In this document: piece after piece, positions 12,350 to 27,187 of the stretch | How the letters are laid out: every line of letters begins with the position of its first letter | Position numbering within the stretch: position 1 is the stretch's first letter | Translations under genes and position numbers: made by a program | NCBI GenBank assembly: GCA_046563655.1 | Contig: CM102283.1 | Span: 3,348,001-3,412,000, forward strand | Length of the DNA: 64,000 nucleotides | Direction of reading: 5' to 3' | From: Yuukianura sp. NJ FZ-2021 | Lineage: Eukaryota | The notes under the pieces: model-generated | Seen by the model: only the letters and a program-made list of their open reading frames with translations | Told to the model about the DNA's origin: nothing | Database searches by the model: none

Positions 12350-13286
12350 TCACATAAAATCGTCCGAATCGGAATCATTTTGTTCTCGGTTAGTTTTCAT
12401 CTTCTCAGGCTTCATCAACGAACTGTAATTTCTGAAAAAGTGCTGAACATTTAGTTATAAGTTAAGTTAAAGGAAATAAGTTAATTAATTGAAATTAACC
12501 TTAATTCGGCCTCTTCTGCTCTCTTCTTCTGCAGCACTTTTTCTTCCTCTTTGAACTTCCTTTCTTTTTCTCGGTTGGCTGCTTTCTCCTTTGCATCTCT
12601 GGATTCCCTCAGAGCTCTAAGATCCACTTTCTTGATTTCCTTTGTTTTGTCTAATCGTTTAACAACTTCTGGCTTCTTGGCCACATTCTTCATCAGACGT
12701 ACTTCCTTGTCTTTGAAGAAACTGACTTGACCAACTTCCATGCTCTCCGTTTTCTTCAAATTGCTCCACATTGTATAAACTACGTCCACTGTCGCCTGCT
12801 TCCGACCGGTAATGGAATTGTCTTTGACCAGTTGACATGCCTCTTCTATTATAACTGAAGGAACGTCGTCTAGGGTTTCTCCAGGTCTGAGTCTCAGATA
12901 AACATGCGCTGATGATAGTTTATCCTGATCAGAGGAAACAAATTTCAGTAAGCAAAAACTAATTAAAATAGAGTCAGCTTTTGTTTAATTTTTTACCACA
13001 TGGAACCAAACGTCTTCATCCCAGCCCCATTTGATCAAATCTTCATCTGAAACAGTACAAAATGCAACATTTGCCAAACGTTAACATTTGGTTTAACTTT
13101 TATGAACATTCGTTTTATTACTTACTCTCAAACTTATCCTCTCCCATAAACAGAGTCACCGGAGGATCAACAACTAAAGAGACCAACAGCAATTTAATCA
13201 AAATCACATGTCACCGGTAAAGAAATTTAAAAAAAATGTAATTAAGGTAATTAGTAATTACCTGTCGACGTCACATACACTACCAT
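12350..13286 (-). CDS. CCDC25: Coiled-coil domain-containing protein 25 (NFACT-R domain)
   Basis: [51 protein letters not shown], C-terminal DSDDFM*. Confidence 0.95.
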
Positions 13287-13417
13287 TGTATAGCCCTGCA
13301 ATCTTCTGTATTTGCTCTACTTGACAAACTAGATAATAACCTATAATAATCCAAAGAATCTTACGGTTAACCATTAACCAATTAATTACTAAGATTTAAT
13401 TAATTTTACAAAGAAAT

Positions 13418-14598
13418 ATGGAGGGGCAATAACGACTTTCACTATAAATTATTTTTATCTTATAATTAAATATTTTTTCCTTAAAATAAAAAAAAAAGTT
13501 TACAAAAAGAAAAAAAAGTTTTTGAAAAAAAATTTTTTTTGTACTTAAATAAATAATTTTTGTACTTAAAAGTATTTTTCTAAATTAGAAAAAATTTTTA
13601 TAAACTTAAAAAAAAAAGTTTAAAAGAAATATTTTTAGTTGTAAAGTTTTTTTTTCGTATAGAAAAAAATTTTGTTTTTGGCCGAAAAAATATAAATGTG
13701 GAGCACTGTAAAGAAAAACTTTTGCAACAAAAAAATAAAAATGTGGAGAAATCCTGAGCTCAGGATTGTGACGTCATAAGCCAGGATTCGGTGGTCACTT
13801 GTGTTCTCCCAATTGCATACCACGCCACTCCACTGTTGCCGGTTTTGATATTCAGAGAGGACCACGCCGTTGACAAGGCATTTTTTTTCTCGTGCCTGGG
13901 AGCAGCGGTGGGTGGTCCAAATGCTCGGTGGACAATAGACTTGCATAGAATGTCGGTAGCGCTAGTCTGGCGGAAAGAATGAGAAACATGTTTTTCTTTC
14001 CAGCGTTATCAATTCTGGCCCCTTTTATTGCTGATATCGTGTGTTTCTCCTTCTTTCCGCCAGACTAGCGCTACCTATGCTCTATGCAAGTCTATTGTCC
14101 ACCGAGCATTTGGACCACCCACCCCCCGCTCCCAAGGCACGAGAAAAAACTGCCTTGCCCTCGCCCTATCTGAATTTCAAAACCGACAACAGTGGACTCG
14201 CGTGGTAAGCAATTGGGAGAACACAACTGGCCACCGAATCCTGGCTTATGACGACACAATCCCAAAGAAAAATTTTTTCTTTTTTTTAAAAAAAAAAGTT
14301 TTCTCACAGTGCTCCACATTTATATTTCTTCCGTCAAAAATAAAGTTTTTTTTAAGCGAAAATAAACTTTATAACTAAGCAAAATATTTTTTTGAAAAAC
14401 TTTTTTTAGATATAAAAAAATATTTCTAATTTAGAAAAATACATTTAAGTACAAAAATTATTTTTTTTAAATACAAAAAAAAATTTTTTTTCAAAACTTT
14501 TTTTTCTTTTTGTAAACTTTTTTTTTTTATTTTAAGGAAAATTTTTTTAATTATAACATAAAAATAATTAATAGTGAAAGTCGTTATTCCCCCTCCAT
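13418..14598. mobile_element. Non-autonomous foldback-type DNA element with about 560 bp inverted arms
   Basis: Termini ATGGAGGGG...CCCCTCCAT; arms 13418-13980 and 14040-14598 are reverse complements; 8-bp TSD AAAGAAAT at 13410-13417 and 14599-14606. Confidence 0.88.
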
Positions 14599-15449
14599 AA
14601 AGAAATGCCGAAAGTGTATGAAAACTGCTGTTTGTAAATTGCATTCGTCTCACAGCTGTTCCGCATATTAAAAAATTTTATTTCAAATTTTTTGGCGCGA
14701 TTTTCTCATGAAGGATTTTTAGGATTGGACTAACAGATACTACACACACCACCACTACAAAAATAAAATAGATCACCATATATGGACATATTGAATTAAT
14801 TGTATTATTTTATCAATTCATATTAATTGTCACTTCCACTACTGAGATTAATTAATATATTTCGTTAATATCATATAATTAAATGTGTTTATAGTAGTTT
14901 GTAAAGTTAAAGTTGGTAAGGTCGACAAATTGTCAAATGTCAATTATGTAAATATCTTTTCTCTAGGCCTCATACGATGCAAGGACAAGGGAGGGAGAAC
15001 AACAACAACCGTTGGAGGCGCGTGGCCCTGGCCGTCTTTTAATTTTGTTTTCAGTTGTTAGTTTTTAATCTTTTAATTCTTAGTTAACGTTACATAATTT
15101 GTTAATTGACTTTGTCCTTACTTCTTTTACTGTTCTTTACCTTTGGTTGGGTAAGTTTCACCGATTTTCCTGTAAATTTTTTGTCTAGACTAATTTTTGA
15201 GGGTTATTGAACTAATTCGGGAAAATTCTTTCATAATTCCAGTAGTTACTACTTTCAGAAATACCAAGAAATTGACCAAGCACTGTTTTTTTTTCCTGAC
15301 TTTTTAACAAGAAGGAAGTTGATTTTGGATTGGGTTGCAGTCGAGCTACTAAGAAGGTAAAGAAGAATATTACATCGAATTGGTAATTGGACCTTAACGG
15401 AAACTTTTTAAATTGATTTTAGTTTTAGGTTTGACATCAGCGCATCGCT

Positions 15450-16372
15450 ATGAGCTCCTCATCTTCATCTTCTTCGTCCTCATCTGAAGACGAGCATGAA
15501 GAACATCACGAGGAACCCGAACCGCAGGTTGTAGAAGTTGCAGAGGTTTTTGAAGTTGTGGAGGAGCCAGCAGCAGAGGTTGGAATTGACGATGGATTGG
15601 TGGAAGAGGCTCCTCGTTCGTTCTCGCCTTCTTCTTCGTCCCGTGAGGAGCACGCTGAAGTGTTACCCGATGACGTTGTTCACGTTCATACCGAGCGGTA
15701 AGTTCTTTCTAAGGCTAAGAACTTACTCTTAAACGATCTTTCAAAATTCTAAAACGTTTTGTCTGTTTCAGCGATGAAACGTTTACTGCCGAAGGAGTCG
15801 TTGTCTATAAGTCTGTAACGTACCACAAACGTTCACCATCTAATGCTAGTTCGTCTTCGAGCAGTTCCTCGGAACATGACAAGAGTACTCATGGTGAGCG
15901 AGGCATTTTGGCGGAGCTGCCCTTTGTATTTGGACCAGGAGGCGAATCTCAGTCAACAACTGTCAACACGGTCACAATTACTAATACTACGACAAGTACG
16001 TTTTCCTCTACCAGTTACAATGAGCACGTCCAGACTGTCTACGTCGATGGATCACCAACGCAGATCAAAAGCTCACGATCTTCTTCATCCTCTTCGTCTT
16101 CCAGCTCTTCTTCGTCAGATGATGGCCAAGGGGATAAGAAAAAGGAGAAGAAGCACAAGCATAAGGACAAGAGCGGGAAAGTCAAGGTCAACAAAGTCAA
16201 GGACTTGAGTCCAGTTGCAGTTGAAGCATTTCCAGCACGAGCCATGACTCAGGCTCAACCTCAAACCATTGGATTTGTGAATCCCAACACTGAAGTTGCT
16301 CCTATCGCTGACCCTCCGCCGTCAGCAGAACAGCCGAAGTCTGACAAATGTTGCTCATGCTCCGTACAGTAA
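15450..16372 (+). CDS. Ser/Glu-rich low-complexity protein ending in CCSCSVQ; exons 15450-15697 and 15772-16372
   Basis: Phase-2 GT-AG intron joins two ORFs in frame. Confidence 0.7.
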
Positions 16373-17146
16373 GCGGTTTTTGTCAGTTTTAGTTTTATAA
16401 CGTACGCAAAAATGTTCCTCTTTTAAGCAAATTGCTAAGCATTTGGTCCAATAGTCTTCGTCTTCCTAGTTCTTCCTGCCTTTTGCTCAAATTGACCAAC
16501 GTTAGATTGTCTATTTTCTAAATCTTTTACTGTTGACCTTACTTCAATTATCAATTGACCTTTGACCTCATTTTGTTAACGTTTGGAGTTGGTGGGCACT
16601 TGACTTTTTTGCAGCTTCCTCGTAAAATTTATCTGTGTTAAAGTGGTTGTGATGCGGTGGCATTGGTGCTGGTGATGAGCTTAAAGTTTAGACTTAAATT
16701 CAGTGTCAACTTAATTTAACTTGTCAAGTGTCCTTCCATGTCCATTCAACTTCTTTTTTCCTACTTTTTAAATGTTAACGTTCCAATTTCCTGAACTGCT
16801 CCAGCAACATTCCAGAATTCCAGTGACTGAGTCATACTCATAACTACTGCTCAATTGAATCACAAAAGTTGTTACACAATTGACGAAAACCTTCACAATT
16901 AAGGAACAATTAGCAATTAAAGAGTTATTGTTGTTACTTTTTGTACGGAAAATGGGAAAGTTTGAAGTACAGACCAAAATGTTAGGCCTTACTTTTTGAA
17001 AATAATAAACTGGGCTTCCTTAAGCTTCATTTACAAAGTTTATAATTAAAAGTTAACTTTGTTCAAGTTTTTTGTAAGTTATGATTTATCTCTTCATTAT
17101 CGGGCAGTTTGGTAAATTCCGGAATGTCAAAGTATTTGTCACAGCA

Positions 17147-18433
17147 TCACTCTTCAGCAAAGTACTTCAGCAAGTCCTTCTCCATTTCCTAAAAAAAAGT
17201 TTTATAAAATGTTTTTTTCAAAATTTTTCAAAAACTTGAACTTGAAAATACTAATTTTGCTCACTTTGGGCTCCGTGTTGGGACTGTACCGCTTCACAAC
17301 CTGCGTGCACAAAAAATTGAAAGCAATGTTTTAGTTTAACTTGTTTTTAAAAAACTGTTTTTTGAAAATGTATATTTTTTTTCTGACCTCTCCCTTCTTG
17401 TTGATGAGGAACTTTGTGAAATTCCATTTAGCAAAACTGCCGAAAGTTCCTCCTTGCTTATCCTTCATGTACTTCCACAGTGGATGAGCATTGTCTCCAT
17501 TCACGTCAACTTTTGATGCGAAATCGAATTTGGCTTTGTAATTTGTGCAAACGAAGTTCTTGATGTCTGCTTCCGTGCCAGGCTCTTGTGACATGAATTG
17601 GTTGCTAGGGAAACCAAGGATTCGGAGACCATGTGACTCTGCGTACTTGTCAAACAGCATGTCAAACTGCTCGTAGTTGGCTTTCGTCAAACCACACTTG
17701 CTAGCCACATTGGCAACAATCAGCACATGTCCACTGAAATTTAAAAAAAAAAACTTTAGAAATTCTAAAACAACACTTTTTAGTCAACTTTTTTTTTGAA
17801 AAAGTCATATAAAGAACTTACCGGTAGCGATCCATGGATTGTTTGTTTCCATCGATATCGGTGTACTCAAAATCGTACACGGACGAAGCCTTCTTCCAGT
17901 CATTCTTTGCAGACTGTAAAACAAAATGTAAAAAAAAATATCAATTTGCAATTAAATTTCAAATTTTAACAATTTAACTTTTCACTCACAGATCCACAAC
18001 CCATGGAATTTACACAAGAATTTGACCAGATGAAAAATTTTGACAAAAAGGAAATTTTTTTAAACACCCTTCACTTTTAAAAAACTGAAATTCAACTGTT
18101 TTGCAAAAAACTTTGCCGTTATAGTGCCATGCCATTTCCAAAATTCACAAACTCAAATTATGAAAAATGAATCAAAATCTGAAATTTGGAGAAACGGACT
18201 TACCATTTCGTGTTTTTGTGAAAAATGCAAGTCAAGCCAGTCGTACCACGGGTATAGGTCAGCGTAGTAGTAGCAGCCAAGGGCAATAGATATAGCGATC
18301 GATATGAACACTGTTTTCAAAGATACACCTAAACAATTAAAAAAAAAATATTAAAATATTATAAATATTAAAAATTAAACGTAAAAATTTCAATTCACTT
18401 CAATTAACCAAAAATAAACTCCTAACCTGTCAT
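17147..18433 (-). CDS. Cys-type phospholipid-hydroperoxide glutathione peroxidase (GPx4-like)
   Basis: NVASKCGLT, LGFPSNQF-QEPG, KWNFTKFL; Cys, not Sec, at the active site. Confidence 0.93.
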
Positions 18434-18913
18434 GACTAAAACTAAAAGTTAATAAAATCTCAAATGAAGCAAAGTAATCAGTTTAACTTTTGATCTCTTT
18501 GCAATCACTTGCTGATTTGGACAAAGTTAAAAGTTAAAAGTTAAAATTGACATTTGAAATTAATAGAAAATCGGAAAATAACGGCGTTCCAAATTCTCAA
18601 CTGACCTTTTGTGTAGATCTTTTCAGCTATTCTAAAAACACAAGTTTTGGAAAAAATGACTTGAGGCTTTTATAATAGAAAAACAGGGGGAGAAATTGTG
18701 TAAATTACATGATGAAATACAAATAGCGTGGTTTTTGTGGTCCAGTGATTAGATAAATCGCTAAAGCTGTAAGTGATGATGTCAAGTACAAAAAATGTGG
18801 AAAAGTCACATGAAACAGGAACTTTCTTAAAAAAAAAACTAAATATTTAATTTTTTGAGTTTAAAAAATACGAACATTTGTCAATTAAAATTCAAAACCT
18901 GAGAAGGTTAGGA

Positions 18914-21900
18914 CTATCTAAATAATTTATCAAATGTCGCAGGAATTATTGCAAATAACCCATTTCTATAACCTATCGTCACGTAGCTTCCGTCCGGTGC
19001 CCAACATACCTGAAATTGAAGAAAAAACATAAAATAAAATGCTAAATTAAAATTACATACAAAATTAGAAAAAAAACTATGTTTTTATATGTTTTTAACT
19101 CACTTTGTTAACACGGATGAATTTGTAGAACCTGAAAACGTTTTCCATTTCGTCTCTAGTCGGCTCCGCTTCTTGAGTTCCCAGAATCTACAAAAATGAA
19201 ATTTTTAGTTGAGTTTATTTTTAAACTAAAATTTTTTACTTTTTTGAAAATTCTGGATTTTGCTTACCCGCTCGCGACAGAAGTTAAACGTTAGTCGAGG
19301 TTCTTCAAACTCCAAAAGAGTTGGGATGTCCTTAGCAATTTTAACGTGAGGTATAGGTTCAAACGTACTTTCATCCAGCGTCACCGTCCCAATATTAATC
19401 TGTACGTAAACATAATGCTGTCAACATTTTGTTGGAATTGGTCAGTGACAAGCACTGTCAAGATGCTGGCAGTATTATACTGCAATTTCACTAACTTACA
19501 AGATTTCTCTTCCTCTTGTTCCTGTCATAGTCACATTCTGAAAAGTCAAAATCACCATCGAACAATATAAAATTCATTTTCAAAATTTTCCAAATGTATT
19601 TCCAAAATTAAGCATAACTTTTAAAACTAACCTCTCCAAAAGGCATCATAATACGAAATTGACACGCGTCCATTTTCACTTCCAGACAGCACCATCCCTT
19701 CGAAGAAACTCGTCGACTAAAAATCAAAACCACAAAGTCATTCGAACTTTGAAAACTTCCATTCTCAATACTTCCCAAGTATCTAAATACTTTGCAGCAT
19801 TTCGATACTTGCCAAGTATTTCAATGCTTGGCCTTCGACCTTGTCGACTCACAATTATGTTAAAGAACTCCATATTGTTCGGCCTCGACGGCCCGCCGCC
19901 GAGACAGTAGAACCTCAGAAAGTTGAACTGTGAACTCGAATTTCTAAAAAATCAACACAAAGTTAGTAATTTAGTTCTCAAATCATAAAAAAAAGGCGGG
20001 AAATTCAAAATGTAAACTTTTTGTTGAGTTACGTACGAAACTGCAGTATCCACGACCACTCCAAGGTGGATCCACCCGCGAATCCAGCACATGTCCAGCA
20101 CACATCCCACTCTTCTGGACTCCGTTTCCTGCTTGAGGTCCATGTCCCAACATCTCAAAGTTCTGTCCATCGATCCACTGTAGAAGTACCTAGATGACTT
20201 GGGGTTTATCACAACAGCAGTCACAGGAGAAAAGTGACAAGCGATGAGCCAAACCGGACTTAAGTTGACCACGAATTTAGCACTTTCGGAGTCTTCTTGT
20301 ACTGTCACGGTTTTCACAAACTGCGACGTAGTCAAAACGTTAAAAACAGCAATGTGTCCACTTGCATAACCAGCAACAAGGTATCTAAAAATCGTTCAAA
20401 AGTCGTTTTCAAAAAACATTTTTTCAAAGCTTTCGAAATCTTGGAAAAATGAAAATTCTTTGTTCTCACCTACTGTTTTCATCCCAGTCGAAACAGGTAC
20501 ATTGCCCAGCAGACGTTTTCAGTTCGTTTTCAATCAGTAAATTGATTTCAGGCACTTTCGTGTAAACTGCCAACATTGTCCCGGTTTCCCCCGCAGTAAA
20601 AGTCGGTTTCAGTTGAAAGTCGGTCTGTCTCAAAGCAAATACTCTGCAACTGGAATCTTCAAAGGCTCCACACATGTATCCCATTCTGCCATCCTCCCTT
20701 CCAGCATATTCAGCATCAGGATCCTCCAGTTGTGGCCAAAATGGTGACCACTGGAGGTGATTTGCATAGCCAAAGTCAGTTGCCAGGATCAGTCGGAGAG
20801 TAAAAGGAGGAGTGTTGACAACAATTGGCAGCATTTTCTGGTAAATCTGGATCGATGCTGGTCTGGACACACGTTCAACAATGTTCGGAGTTTCTGTAAT
20901 TTCTGAAAGAGTGGCCACTGCTAAGTAGTTTCCGGAAGGATGCCAAGCCATTGCCGTAACTGGACCGCCAGCGAAACTTACAAAGTCCGTCTGCTCATAG
21001 TTGACAGTGTGGCCTTCGAACCAGTTAAGTCTATGATAAGCGTCCATTCTAGTCACTTCCTTCATTCTGGTCTTGGTGTTGAACAGAATGGATTTCTCGT
21101 GAGCAGGAAGATACTGGCGAATACTGGATGCTGGAGGAGTACGAAGTGGATTTATACTGAGAATTACTTGGTGTAAAGGGTCCTCGGTTACCCTTAAGGG
21201 AGTATCCCAAGGATCAGCTGATGCTGATTCTGGATGTAAGTCTAAGTATTTGGAAGCTTGAGAAGCGAAGTCTGTCCGGAGAACGTCAGTCGAACGTTTT
21301 GATGGCACTTTGACCTCTTCTGAACCAAGGATAAAGTCAATTGAGGGAGTCACTTCAACATTTTCGTCGTCCATTTCTTCATCGTCGTCATCGTCCATGG
21401 CACTTCTTGGTTCTTTCTTAACGTAACCCGTAAGAGAAAAGTCTTCATCTCGTTCGTAGCCGTTCAATCGTCTTGTCTTGTCGTGAGAATTGTAATCCTC
21501 TTGGTCTTTTTCTTCAGGCTCAACCTTGATGTCGGAAATTTCTTTCATGAATTCCAAGGCTCTATAACAGAAAAACGTCATTGTGTCGGAAAATTTCAAA
21601 AGAAGCATCTTTGAACTTTTACTCACTTTATTGCAGATTTTCGCTTTCCAGAGGATACTTTACGTTCTTCTGTGGGATACGGAAGGAACACTTGCTAAAA
21701 CAAAAATCAAAGTCCAAAATTTTGAACAAAAAATGAACAAAAAGTTACTAAAATTCAAAAAAAATGGATAGAGTGAGTGACGTTACCGGCGCATGAGCAT
21801 TCTTTTTATGAAAGCTGAAGGTGGACGCTGAGAACTTTTTGTGACACACTTCACACTCGAGCAACTTGGCAGCAATTTCCTAGTCAAAACAACAAAATGA

Positions 21901-22481
21901 GGGTGAAGTTAAGTTAATTGAGTTAAGAGTTAAGTTAATTAACTTACTTCTTCCGTTTTCCCACATCCGTCTAGGTGAAATGCGAGACCCAAAGCGCTTT
22001 TGTATGTAGCTTGACAGGGTTTCCTGGGACAGAAAAATGTCGTAATCTTCGCCAGTCTGGACATCTCTAGTAACTTTCTTGTGAAGAACTTGTGATCTTG
22101 GGGCTGAAAAGCAGAAATCAAAGTAATTAAATTCGTTCGAATTAATCAAATAAACTGGAAGTTTACGTAATGCCAAATTGGCATTACGTAAACTTCCAGT
22201 TGGCATTGCCAATCCCTTCGTTAGATTACCGATTCGTCATCCGTGGTCTTCGCTATGTTATAGTGTGTGGACATGTTATGGAGCCTGAATTCTCGGAACT
22301 TGCATGACAAGCCGCATTCGGCACACTGGACAATTTCTTCATCAATTGGTGTAACCGGAAATGAAACAGTTCCAAGCCGGTCTACCAAGAGATCCGATGG
22401 TGGCCTGCCAGGAGGATTCTTAAGGTCACGTCCTCGACCTACACCGCTGCCCCTTGGCCTCCCGCGACCTCGACCTCTCAT
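18914..22481 (-). CDS. TFIIIC subunit 2 (GTF3C2)-like WD40 protein with N-terminal AT-hook and Cys/His motifs
   Basis: RGRGRPR AT-hook, FAGGPVTAMAWHP...YLAVA, WD repeats (SGSMDRTLRCWD). Confidence 0.65.
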
Positions 22482-23162
22482 AGTTACACAAGTCTTGCTT
22501 CAGTCGTCTCAAGGTTAATTAAAAATTAGCACCTTTCCGATTAATTAGTAGATGAATGACGAAATCAGGGAACAAATCACCAGGAATTTGGAAAATGCAA
22601 AATCAAAATCATGAGTTTTTTTTATTTTTATTTTTTTATGTTTTTTTTTCTGTTGTTTAAATTGGAATTGTTCGCGCCAAGAAAATTTTTACCCGCGAAA
22701 TTCAAAAGTAATAAGTTGCAGATTCATAATATTTTTTAAATACCGGCTGGTTTTTGTGTCTCATGTTGCCCCCGATCACCCTTGCTTTTTTATGCCTGTA
22801 TGGGCATTAACGTGGTATTTACTCTAGTTGTACTGATTAGTTTAATATAAATTATAAACATAATTAAAATTAAATGACGAATACTTGCTGTAATGCATTC
22901 TAGTATAAATTAGTTAATTAGTTTAGAAATTAACAGATTGTTAAGCAAAAAAGTACATTTTTTTTTTATTTGAGATGCCCGATACTGAATACACATACGG
23001 CGTGTGTGTATGGTCAGCTGAATAAATTCTGTCACAACACTTTTAACTAAAATTGGAATTATTTCTACTTTGTCAACTCACCGGAAGGATTAACTTAATT
23101 GATTGTCAGTTACTACCTAATTAAATTTGTGGGATCATCAATCCTAACTAAGGGAATTTACA

Positions 23163-25102
<1,940 letters not shown>

Positions 25103-25381
25103 AATTCAGGATAAGGAGATAACTTCAGATAAGTTTCTCTCCATTTTCTAATTTACGTATCGTTTCTCCCTATTTTGTGAATTCTAATTTAAAATCTAAA
25201 CAAAACTCTACTCTCATCAATGTAAAATTCTAAACAAAGTAAATTTAAAACGATGCTTTAACCTTAATTTTATTTTCAATTTTTAGATAACCCGACTCTT
25301 TGCTGTTATCTCCTTATCTCTCGGTTGTATCTTTGGATTTATCTAGAGATATCGTTGGTTGTGATTGGTTGATTGGTGACG

Positions 25382-26864
25382 TTACTTCGGTGGAGATCCA
25401 CCCACGCTGGTACGTTTCCCGTCTGGTGCGGTAGATTCTCCGCTCAAGCGTTTTTCTCCAGCAACGTCAGGTACGGCTGAAGAGCCGCTCAAACGTTTTC
25501 CGTCTGGAGCTGTGGATGCCCCGCTCAAGCGTTTTTCTCCAGGAACGTCTGGCACGGCTGAAGCTCCGCTCAATCGCTTTTCTCCTGTTGGTTCTGGCAC
25601 GGCTGAAGCTCCGCTTAAGCGTTTCCCGTCTGGTACTGCAGATGCACCACTCAAACGCTTTTCTCCTTGTTCTGGTACGGCTGAAGCACCGCTGAGTCGT
25701 TTTTCTCCAGCGATTGTAGACTCTCCGCTGAGTCGTTTCTCTCCACTGGCTTCTGGTACGGCAGATGCAGCGCTCAGTCGCTTTTCTCCTGTAGGTTCTG
25801 GTACGGCAGAGGCACCACTCAAGCGCTTTCCTTCTGGTACGGCCGATTCGCCACTCAAGCGCTTCCCTTCTGGTACGGCAGATTCTCCACTCAAGCGTTT
25901 TCCTTCTAGTGCGTCTGGCACGGCTGAGGCACCACTCAATCGCTTTCCTTCTGGTACAGCTGATTCTCCGCTCAAGCGTTTTCCTTCTGGTATGGCCGAT
26001 TCGCCACTCAATCGCTTTCCTTCTGGTACTGCCGATGCACCACTCAATCGTTTTCCTTCTGGTACTTCTGGCACGGCCGATGCACCACTCAAACGTTTTC
26101 CGTCTGGAACAGCTGATGCACCACTCAATCGTTTCCCGTCTTGAACAGCTGATTGACCGCTCAATCGCTTTCCATCTGGTGCGGCAGATTGCCCACTCAG
26201 TCGTTTTTGTTCCATCACTCCTGCCCATTGATCCTCACCTAAAACAAAGCAATTGATGGTCAAAGTAATTGGTTAATCATTGTAAAAGTTAATTGATTAA
26301 TCTAAGGTAATTAGCACCATTTCTATACCTGCATACTCTCCGTATTCTTCCATTGGTGGTGGAACGTCCATCATTTCTTCCTCTTCGTCTTCAGGCAAAG
26401 GACCGCCGTACCCTGGTGGCAAGTTGGGGTATCCCGGAGTCACACCTTGAGAAAAACGAAAAAAATTTAAGATTCTGAAATTTTGAGAACTGTTTTTCGA
26501 AAGGTTTACCTTGGTTCATATTGGGTGGAGCCAATCCCTGTTGAGCACTTTCCCATTGTTTTTGCTGGACAACTCCCAACGCATTTTGGACGTCACGGCG
26601 TTTCAGCTCTTCGTTGTACCGCCAGCGCAGGAGCCAGTGACCCAGGTACTCGATTGGATCTGGACAAAAAGAAACGTCACTGATACGTCAAAGTCATTTT
26701 TTGAAAAATTGATCAATAATCTTGCGGTTACCAGCTGGTCGACGGATACAAATTTCAGCCAAGGCTGCTACCAGAACTGGGCCCAACGTTTTCTTGAGGT
26801 ACTCCACTTCTTGGTACGTTCGTTCGTTGACATTGGATGGACGAGCTTGATTCTCGGCAGCCAT
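25382..26864 (-). CDS. Dpy-30-motif (DYDC1/2-like) protein with a long KRLS repeat tail
   Basis: Spliced N-terminus YLKKTLGPVLVAALAEICIRRPADPIEYLGHWLLRW (missed by the ORF track); final exon has 20 KRLS plus 1 KRTS. Confidence 0.8.
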
Positions 26865-27187
26865 GCTGACTTGTTGTTCAAAATTTCAAAAATTGCTTCA
26901 CTCAAAACCAAATTTGAATTTGGCGGTGGAAGGAGGAATTTCAACGTCTGCTCTCGGCGCTCTCCAAATCGCGACTGAGACGACTCAAAAACGTTTGATG
27001 AAAAACCGCGAGAAAAAAAAACATTCAAAAAATTGTAACAACTTTGGCAGCTGTCGTTGCTACGACGACATTCCTTGTGAACTTAAAATTTGTGACACCG
27101 AATTTATTAGTGACTACATTAAAGTTAGTTAACGTAATTAGCTTTAATCTAACTTTTGTTATTTAACCTACCATTTTAGTGATTGGT

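Noticed and set aside
13635-14653. ORFs inside the palindrome
   Set aside because: Mirror-image, low-complexity translations with no transposase motifs
17331-17726. Selenoprotein GPx
   Set aside because: Active-site codon is TGT (Cys), not TGA
25467-26256. Overlapping alternative-frame and antisense ORFs of 115-253 aa
   Set aside because: By-products of the stop-poor KRLS coding repeat
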